A stretch of 64,000 bases of DNA from Candidatus Aenigmatarchaeota archaeon (GTDB taxonomy: Archaea; Aenigmatarchaeota; Aenigmatarchaeia; QMZP01; JAFGSV01), in the NCBI GenBank assembly GCA_016934325.1, contig JAFGSV010000004.1, positions 11,538-75,537 on the forward strand, read 5' to 3'. The notes below the pieces were generated by a model, which did no database searches, was not told where the DNA came from, and saw nothing but the letters and a program-made list of their open reading frames with translations. Shown here piece after piece: positions 45,910 to 52,745 of this stretch. Position 1 is the stretch's first letter; the number at the start of each line of letters is the position of its first letter. A program made the translations under genes and the position numbers.

Positions 45910-46249
45910 AACACCAAACTTTATTCCGCCCGTTTCCAGATTCAAGTCGGCAGGTAGTCCCAGAAGTTCACTCAAATCAACATGAGCACACATCTTCTTA
46001 CCTCCGAACCAATCACCTCACCGTTACTCTCTGTAAGCTTGTGCCTCGAAAGCCCGTTTTGAGCCGCGCTTAAGCAATATATATATTTTCTGTGGCGATG
46101 TCAACAATATTTTCTTTTTGCACGTATCGCGCATCGAAACACTCACACCCATTCCGATCACTCCTCCCTGCCATGAAGCGAACAGTTTTCATAAACCTGT
46201 GGCGGCAACGATGGTGAGGAGTTCAAGTAGCAAAGGCACCAACACTCCC

Positions 46250-46942
46250 TCATGCGGCTTCAGAGTACCGAGCAATCTTGTTTCTGGGCCGTTTGGCAGT
46301 GGTATCCTGGATCAGAACATTCAAGGGCTTACCTGAGGCCGGTTGGATTCTGGCGCACCTGATTATTGCTTCACAGAAGCCCATAGCTTCTTGCCTATCC
46401 CTCCCCATGGCACGTCCGGTACGCGTTTTGAATCGAACTGCTTTCAACCACTTCAACAGCCTCTTTGCCGTCTCAACCGGTCCGCGGTTCTCGTCCAACG
46501 CAGATTCTTGTAGGATCCGCGCCACTCCTAACGGCGTGATGGCATCAAGCTTGTCTGCATCAAAGAGACAGTCACCTTCGAGTGTTCGAGGTTCGTTTGT
46601 AGGACTATCAATACTGTGTTGGCGAATGACACGACAGATTTGTGGCACGTTTGCAAAGCCACAGTCTTCTAATATTACTTTTGCCTTCTTCGCTCCCAAG
46701 GTTGCATGGTGCTTGTTCGTCACATGGAGTGTTCCTTTTTCTAAACTAATGTCATGTAGCATTGCGGCGGGCAAAAGAATTGATAGTTGAGCTCGCTCTG
46801 CTTGTCCGATGATCTGTGCCCTCTTTACCACCCTTCTTATGTGGGCCAAATTGTGGTCACACGAGTTCTCGGAATAAAGCTTTGGTAGACGAGTCTTCAG
46901 GTCGTCGATAGGCTTCATATTGTAAAATTTGCGAGAAAACAA
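46250..46942 (-). CDS. HD-domain metal-dependent phosphohydrolase
   Basis: HNLAHIRRVVKRAQIIG...LLPAAMLHDISL (H...HD) and a later FDADKLDA. Confidence 0.8.
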   Translation of the reverse strand: MFSRKFYNMKPIDDLKTRLPKLYSENSCDHNLAHIRRVVKRAQIIGQAERAQLSILLPAAMLHDISLEKGTLHVTNKHHATLGAKKAKVILEDCGFANVPQICRVIRQHSIDSPTNEPRTLEGDCLFDADKLDAITPLGVARILQESALDENRGPVETAKRLLKWLKAVRFKTRTGRAMGRDRQEAMGFCEAIIRCARIQPASGKPLNVLIQDTTAKRPRNKIARYSEAA

Positions 46943-46951
46943 ATATAAACC

Positions 46952-47596
46952 TTACACATCGACGGCACCATTCTTCGTTTTGCTACCAAACAAAGCACGG
47001 ATCCGGTCCAAAATGTTAATTACTTGTTGTCTAAGTGAGTTATCTGTACCGCTGTTGTCTATAGCAAAATCCATGAGTTGCATGGCCTCGGACAAGTGGT
47101 ATATCTGCTCCTCATCCGCCATCAATTTTAACAACTGATCCTTGTCATACTCAGATTCTATATTCCGTCTGCGCGTAATAAGCCGTTTTAGTCGAACATC
47201 TGTGGGAGCAGCAATACCGACTGCAATTGTATTCGGCATCATTTCCCGAATCTTTCGAAGTCCGCTTGGGCTCCTACAACTATCAACTATATAGACCCGC
47301 TCGGAGTTCCCCTCCTTGACAATTATCTCTGCGATTAGCTGCGATATGACCCCTCTACCCCTTTCAGCGTACAACGCCCGAATCAGTTGATTTAGTCCCT
47401 CTCTCGTAAGGGGAAGCTCCCTAATCTTCAGCATTGGAAGGTAAATATCATCGAAGACACGAATGACTCCAACGTTCATTCCACAATCACAAAGCAAACT
47501 TGCCAGATGCTGAGCAGTAGAGGTCTTTCCTGCTCCCATTGGTCCATAGAGTAAAAGGACATAATTGTAGATACGTTCAGTATGATTCTTCATCAC
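46952..47596 (-). CDS. P-loop kinase-like NTPase (AAA_33/zeta-toxin/dNMP-kinase-like)
   Basis: Walker A LLLYGPMGAGKTS and Walker-B-like VYIVDSCR. Small kinase-sized protein (214 aa). Its stop lies 9 nt before the HD gene start. Confidence 0.7.
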   Translation of the reverse strand: MMKNHTERIYNYVLLLYGPMGAGKTSTAQHLASLLCDCGMNVGVIRVFDDIYLPMLKIRELPLTREGLNQLIRALYAERGRGVISQLIAEIIVKEGNSERVYIVDSCRSPSGLRKIREMMPNTIAVGIAAPTDVRLKRLITRRRNIESEYDKDQLLKLMADEEQIYHLSEAMQLMDFAIDNSGTDNSLRQQVINILDRIRALFGSKTKNGAVDV

Positions 47597-48230
47597 CTTA
47601 ACCTATCGATTTCATTAAAGGGATCCTCCAGGTTCACACGAGCACGGGAGTATCTACTTTTTCTTCTCCCTTCGCTTGTTTATCGTCTTCACCCAAGTTT
47701 CGAGTTCCTCGATATCCTTCGCAAGCTCATCGGGGCCGGGGATGCTGAAGCTTTCGGTCGGACGCGCGTGGCCGCTTCCGCCGCTGAAGCCACGGAGTAA
47801 TGACGGAGAGGCACCGACCAGGGACGTGCTGCTTCACCTGTCAAGGGTGTTCATGCTGAAGATGGGAAACGAATGGGTGCTTTCGGAAGTGCCGAAGAAA
47901 CCGAGGGTCATGCTTGAAAAGATGGGAATGGAAAACATATTACGTAAATTCAACTGAGATAAGGGTTAAACCATCGATAACGTTCCAGACCATCGATAAT
48001 GCACCAAGATCAGGGGTTGGGCCTTGCCACTCGTTAACGCACCAGTATCCTTTTCAGGAGGTTTTTAAAATGTACTACAATTTTGTAATACATGTTACAA
48101 TTTTATTACACATATGGGCATTCCAAATGGTAACAGTTTTATACATAAGCCATATAAGCGGGAGCAATAGTGTCCTGCAGAGGCGGTAAAAACCGCCCGG
48201 AAAGTCCGGCACGAGACGCTTGAAATACGG

Positions 48231-48245
48231 CCCTAGCGAGGCTAT
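48231..48245 (+). repeat. Degenerate third copy of the tRNA-Gln 3'-end att core
   Basis: CCCTAGCGAGGCTAT compared with CCCTGGCGGGGCTAT at 42114-42128. Confidence 0.45.
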
Positions 48246-48267
48246 GCCATGTGTGCACTCTCCAATT

Positions 48268-48816
48268 TCACAGTATCTCGTCCTCCCACTTGTAGAGCCT
48301 CTTCCTGTATCTCCAGACAAGCATTGTTATCAGGAATCCGAAGATCAATCCTGCCGCGACGTCCGTGACGGTGTGGACATCCAGGATGATCCTCGAAGCC
48401 GCGACGAGCAGGGGCAGTATGAAAAGGGGCAGGTATCTCCTCCTCCTCAGCAGCAGGTAGAGCGCGGTCACGATCCCCGTGGACGTCGCTGCGTGGCCCG
48501 ACGGGAAAGAGAATGTGATGGGGCAGTACGGGTTGCACCCCGGGGCCGGGCACATGATGCATGGCCTCGGAACCATGAAGGCGAGCTTCAGCAGCTCCGA
48601 ACCCAGCATGGATATCGCCAGGGCCGGGATTATCAGGAGGAGGTACTTCTTCAGCAGGCGCCTGTAACCGGCGGCTTCCTTCCCCATCGGATGCCTGATC
48701 CCGAGCAGGAAGTATATCCCAGTGAGGCAAATCACGAAGGCTGTCGACAGCAGGGGGGAGCCCAGAAGGGTTATCATTACCCAAAGCTGCTCGTACATGA
48801 AAACACCGGTTATCAT
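48268..48816 (-). CDS. PAP2-family membrane phosphatase
   Basis: KLAFMVPRP (KxxxxxxRP), PSGHAATS (PSGH) and SRIILDVHTVTDV (SRxxxxxHxxxD). Confidence 0.85.
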   Translation of the reverse strand: MITGVFMYEQLWVMITLLGSPLLSTAFVICLTGIYFLLGIRHPMGKEAAGYRRLLKKYLLLIIPALAISMLGSELLKLAFMVPRPCIMCPAPGCNPYCPITFSFPSGHAATSTGIVTALYLLLRRRRYLPLFILPLLVAASRIILDVHTVTDVAAGLIFGFLITMLVWRYRKRLYKWEDEIL

Positions 48817-48835
48817 CGGTTTGGCCGATCGCTGG

Positions 48836-49564
48836 TCACGCCTCGTCGGCCGGCTCCACTTTGACGCCTATTGCCTCGAGGTTCTCCTTGAACCTCTGCA
48901 AGGCCCTCCGTATTGACTCGAAGTTCTGAGCGCCTGCGATGATGATCCGGCCGCTGCCGAAGAGGAGGAAAGCCACCCTCGGGTCGCTTATCCTGTAAAC
49001 GAGGCCGGGGAACTGCTCGGGCTCGTATTCGCTGTTCTCTAGCGTGCTTGCGATCTCGTCCAGGTTCAGGTCCGCCTTGATCTTGGTCGAAGATACTATG
49101 TTCTCGACCCTGGTCTTGTACTTCCTCGGCATCGGTATGCCGGCCTGCCTGACCCTGTCGACTATCTTCTTCATCGCCCTCTCCAGGTCTTCCAGGGACT
49201 TCGTCCCGGTGCAGACTACCTTCCCCTGGGAAAAGATGAGCGCAGACGCCCTCGGGTCCGTTATCTTGTAAACGAGGCCGGGGAACTGCTCGGGCTGCCA
49301 TTCGGTGTTCTCCACCTTCTTGAGGAGCAGCTCGAGCGATATGGGCTTGCCCAGGGTCGTGAAGGCCACTATGTTCTGGACCTTGATCTTGAATTCTGCC
49401 CGCTTCGCCTCCACCTTCCGCGCCGCCTTCATCGATTGCCCCTTCACGGCCTTGACCGTCGCCTTCTTCGCAGCCTTCTTCAGGGCCTTCATAGATTGCT
49501 TCTTCAAAGCGTTCTTGGCTGACCTCTCCAAGGGTTTCGCTTTGGCATGATGTTTTTTCCTCAT
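48836..49564 (-). CDS. tbp: TATA-box binding protein with a ~55-aa Lys/Ala-rich N-terminal extension
   Basis: Two TBP repeats (VQNIVAFTTLG...PEQFPGLVYKI...IFSQGKVVCTG and VENIVSSTKI...PEQFPGLVYRI...LFGSGRIIIAG). ATG 49564 is preceded by AAATATTTAA at 49599-49590. The ORF-track start 49690 is rejected. Confidence 0.9.
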   Translation of the reverse strand: MRKKHHAKAKPLERSAKNALKKQSMKALKKAAKKATVKAVKGQSMKAARKVEAKRAEFKIKVQNIVAFTTLGKPISLELLLKKVENTEWQPEQFPGLVYKITDPRASALIFSQGKVVCTGTKSLEDLERAMKKIVDRVRQAGIPMPRKYKTRVENIVSSTKIKADLNLDEIASTLENSEYEPEQFPGLVYRISDPRVAFLLFGSGRIIIAGAQNFESIRRALQRFKENLEAIGVKVEPADEA

Positions 49565-49589
49565 GCATATTATTAGTCCGGCATGACCC

Positions 49590-49599
49590 TTAAATATTT
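49590..49599 (-). promoter_or_regulatory. Putative TATA box of the tbp promoter
   Basis: AAATATTTAA centred about 31 nt upstream of ATG 49564. Confidence 0.45.
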
Positions 49600-49679
49600 C
49601 GCAAGAATCGGTGCCAGCGAATCGTGGCCGGACGGTCCGGAAGATTCGAATCGGACGGTATGAGCGAAGGCCCGGAAAG

Positions 49680-51407
49680 CTATCCTTCAAGCTCGTCTAT
49701 GAGCTCCAGCTCGTCGCCCCTGAGCCTGCCCCTGAGCTTGTTGAGGACCGCGACGTCCTCATGGCTGAGCGAGACGTCGAGCTCGTCCCCTTCCTCGATG
49801 TTCCTGCCGACCGTCGCCCCTTCTATCGACACGGCGACCTGCTCCCCCGCCTTGGCATCGCTCACGTTCTCTCCCTGTCTCTGCAGCTCCTTTATCTCGC
49901 CCACGACGTTCCCTTCCTTCTTGAGCTTGTTGCCGGGCTTTATGATGCCCTTCATGACCTCGACGCCGACTATCGCGGGCTTCGACTGCCTGAACAGGTA
50001 GCCCGGCATTATCCTGAATCTGCCGGGCCTGTTCACGCTTGCCAGCATGTCATCCTCGCGCCTCTTTGCCGTGTCCTTTTCCCATTTCTCGTATCCCTCC
50101 ACGAGCCTGTAGATCACGTCGCTTGAGAACACCTTCACTTTGTTGTCGCCGGCAATCTTCGCGATGTCGGGCGGCAGCCTGGCGTTGAATGCGAAGATGT
50201 AAGGCTTGGGCAGGCTCTTCATCTCCATGACATCCTGCTTGGTGACCTCGCCTATCTCGGCCTTCCTGATGGGGACCTCGATGGCCTTCAGGGTCTTGAC
50301 AAGGGCTTCAAGGGATCCAAGAGTGTCGGCCTTGAGCATGACCCCCCTGTTCTCGGTGTCTATCTCGACCTCGCTCACCTCTTCCGAGATCTCCTGCCTG
50401 ACCTCTTCTATCCTTCTCTGGTCGCTCACGGCCCTGAGGGGTGATCCAGCCACCACCTTCTCGATTTCCGGAGCCGCGATCTTCACGCCGCAGGCCGCGG
50501 TGACATGCCTGACAGGCAGGAAGACCTTCTCGACCCTCATCTCCTTCATCGGGTTCGGCTTGAGCATGGCCCTTATCTTGGTCACGACGATGTCCTTGAT
50601 GCCTATGACGAGCCAGTCCCCGTTCTTTATCTCGCCGTCATAGAGGATGACGTCAATGGTCGTGCCGAGGCCCTTGAACTCGTTGACCTCGAGCACCGTC
50701 CCCTTGCCTTCGCCCGAAGTCACGTTCAGCCTGTCCTTCAGGAACCTCTGGGCCAGGCCCGTGAGTAACATCAGCAGGTCAGGGATTCCCTCACCGGTTA
50801 TGCCGCTGACCGGTATTATGCTCAGCTTCTGCCTGAAATCCTCCACCCTGTCGTACCTGTCCGACTCGAATCCTTGGACCGCAAGCTGTCCCGCGATCGA
50901 GTACAGCTTCTTCTCGAGCTCGTCCTGGACCCTCTTGGGCTGGTTGGCCCATGCCTCCACGAAGCTCGCCCCCTCCTTCCGAACCCAGCCGGCGATCCTG
51001 TCTATCTTCGTCAGGGCGATGATGAAAGGCGTCTTGAAATCGCGCAGGAACCTGATCGACTCCAGCGTCTGTGGCTGGATGCCCTCGTTCACGTCTATGA
51101 CGAGGACTGCTATGTCCGCGATAGCCCCTCCCCTCTTCCTCAGGGTAGTGAATGCCTCATGGCCGGGCGTGTCGATGAAAAGGAGCCCGGGGATCTCCAC
51201 CCTCACGTTCATCTTCCTCAGGAGCGGCCCGCACAGTTCCTTGATGTAGCCGATGGGTATCTCGCTTGCCCCTATGTGCTGCGTTATGAGCCCCGCCTCG
51301 CCCTTCGCGACAAGGCTGCCCCTGACGTAATCCAGCAAGGTCGTCTTGCCATGGTCGACATGGCCCAGCACCGCCACTATGGGCTGCCTCAGCGTCATCT
51401 CCGCCAC
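49680..51407 (-). CDS. infB: Translation initiation factor aIF5B (IF-2)
   Basis: RQPIVAVLGHVDHGKTTLLDYVRG, DTPGHEAF and TKID. Domain order is that of aIF5B. Confidence 0.95.
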   Translation of the reverse strand: MAEMTLRQPIVAVLGHVDHGKTTLLDYVRGSLVAKGEAGLITQHIGASEIPIGYIKELCGPLLRKMNVRVEIPGLLFIDTPGHEAFTTLRKRGGAIADIAVLVIDVNEGIQPQTLESIRFLRDFKTPFIIALTKIDRIAGWVRKEGASFVEAWANQPKRVQDELEKKLYSIAGQLAVQGFESDRYDRVEDFRQKLSIIPVSGITGEGIPDLLMLLTGLAQRFLKDRLNVTSGEGKGTVLEVNEFKGLGTTIDVILYDGEIKNGDWLVIGIKDIVVTKIRAMLKPNPMKEMRVEKVFLPVRHVTAACGVKIAAPEIEKVVAGSPLRAVSDQRRIEEVRQEISEEVSEVEIDTENRGVMLKADTLGSLEALVKTLKAIEVPIRKAEIGEVTKQDVMEMKSLPKPYIFAFNARLPPDIAKIAGDNKVKVFSSDVIYRLVEGYEKWEKDTAKRREDDMLASVNRPGRFRIMPGYLFRQSKPAIVGVEVMKGIIKPGNKLKKEGNVVGEIKELQRQGENVSDAKAGEQVAVSIEGATVGRNIEEGDELDVSLSHEDVAVLNKLRGRLRGDELELIDELEG

Positions 51408-51547
51408 CTTCCTTTAATTATGTGCTAGACGCTATTAAAATAAGCTTTATAAACGGGAAAACGGTATGCGAATCCGAATCGGGTCAATGATTTTTTGAAA
51501 TAGAAATGACTAAAAAAATAAAAAAAGGCTGGAGGCCGTTCTGAAAG

Positions 51548-51688
51548 CTAACCTCCGATCCTGAAGACCTTTGTGCCGCATTTGGGGCAAGTGCCCTTCA
51601 TTGCAGGCTTTCCGTTCTTCAGCGTGACCTTCTGTGCATTCGACATCTCAACCTTTGCCTTGCATTTTACACAATAAGCCTGTGTCAT
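51548..51688 (-). CDS. DUF5679-type zinc-ribbon mini-protein (copy 1)
   Basis: GGAGGT then 6 nt then ATG 51688. Translation: MTQAYCVKCKAKVEMSNAQKVTLKNGKPAMKGTCPKCGTKVFRIGG (CxxC...CxxC). The ORF-track 5' extension is rejected. Confidence 0.7.
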   Translation of the reverse strand: MTQAYCVKCKAKVEMSNAQKVTLKNGKPAMKGTCPKCGTKVFRIGG

Positions 51689-51820
51689 CTCAAAACCTCC
51701 GATTTTATTTATGCGTAAATATTCGCGGGAGGGTATATAAATCAAATTCGGGCTGAAATCGGACGAAAGCAAGGCACTTTCACGCTTAACCGACAGTGGT
51801 CGAGCATAGAACTTGCGAGC

Positions 51821-51982
51821 TCACCAGAAATTCGGCTTCGGAGAGCGCTTGATGACATATACGACGGTGCCGCACCTGCTGCACTCGCCCTTAATGGCCT
51901 TCTTCCCGTTCTTCATGACGAACTCCTGCTCCTTGTCGACGTCGACCCTTTCCCTGCACTTGACGCAGTATCCTTCGGTCAT
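51821..51982 (-). CDS. DUF5679-type zinc-ribbon mini-protein (copy 2, not in the ORF track)
   Basis: MTEGYCVKCRERVDVDKEQEFVMKNGKKAIKGECSRCGTVVYVIKRSPKPNFW. It starts 18 nt after the KaiC-like gene stop. Confidence 0.6.
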   Translation of the reverse strand: MTEGYCVKCRERVDVDKEQEFVMKNGKKAIKGECSRCGTVVYVIKRSPKPNFW

Positions 51983-52000
51983 CACTGGCACCGCAAGAAA

Positions 52001-52720
52001 TCATATCTCTATGACCCTGAGCCCCTTCTTGCTGATCTCGAACGGGTGGATCAGGGTGCTGTGGTTCGTCCTTCTCATCTTCCTTATGGTCACGGTCCTC
52101 TTGAACTCCTCCGCCACGGGGACGAACTCCATCTTGATGACGGTGTCGACGATGTATTCGACGATGCCGCCCCCCGAGAGCGCCTCGCTGGTCTCCGGTA
52201 TCGTGCCCGTCAGGAAGGCCGTCACGCCGCAAGACTTCAGCGTGTCGACAAGCTGCATCAGCGCAGCCCTCGCGAGGTACTCGTCCTTGATGAACATCTC
52301 GATGAACGATACGGAATCGAGGACCACCCTCTGGGCATTGAGGGCCTTGATCGCCTCTATTATCTTGTCCGATATGCTGTAGACGTAAGACTTCACCAGC
52401 CTCACCATGTCCTCCGAGGAGATCCCCCTCGTCGGCAGGGCCGGCTTTATGCTCACGAAGCGCACGAGGTTCTTCTTCTCCAGCGTCTCGAAGTCCCAGC
52501 CGAACATGCTGCTTATGTCGGCCTTGACATCGACGTCCCTCTGCTCGGTCGTCACGTAGACACCCGGCTCCCCGGCAAGCGCCCCGCTGTACAGGTAGGA
52601 TATCGCGAAGATCGTCTTGCCGGTTCCGGTCTTGCCCGTTATCAGGTTCGCGCTCCCCTTGAAGAAACCGCCTTCCATCTTGTCATCCAGCCCGAGGACG
52701 CCGGAATTGACCCTGTCCAT
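52001..52720 (-). CDS. KaiC/RadA-like single-domain RecA-superfamily ATPase (paralog 2)
   Basis: VNSGVLGLDDKMEGGFFKGSANLITGKTGTGKT (Walker A) and VVLDSV (Walker B). It starts 25 nt after the stop of the giant ORF. Confidence 0.85.
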   Translation of the reverse strand: MDRVNSGVLGLDDKMEGGFFKGSANLITGKTGTGKTIFAISYLYSGALAGEPGVYVTTEQRDVDVKADISSMFGWDFETLEKKNLVRFVSIKPALPTRGISSEDMVRLVKSYVYSISDKIIEAIKALNAQRVVLDSVSFIEMFIKDEYLARAALMQLVDTLKSCGVTAFLTGTIPETSEALSGGGIVEYIVDTVIKMEFVPVAEEFKRTVTIRKMRRTNHSTLIHPFEISKKGLRVIEI

Positions 52721-52745
52721 ACCATTTGTTTGAATCCCGGTCTAT

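Larger units (their letters stand above)
42129..48245. mobile_element. Integrase-bearing integrated element adjacent to tRNA-Gln
   Basis: Left end is the att copy at 42115-42128. The candidate right end is the degenerate copy CCCTAGCGAGGCTAT (48231-48245, 13/15 vs CCCTGGCGGGGCTAT), in the spacer just after the PAP2 gene stop. Contains integrase, excisionase and cargo genes. Confidence 0.55.

Noticed and set aside
47597-48230. ORFs 47676-47957(+), 47914-48189(+) and 48075-48320(-), and short direct repeats (ACCATCGATAA x2 at ~47969-47999; TACAATTTT x2 at ~48075-48105)
   Set aside because: No RBS and no recognisable motifs. The region looks like decayed element terminus. The best reading is a start-less minus-strand remnant ending ...ELETWVKTINKRREKKK. 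This is not enough evidence to call genes or a functional repeat.
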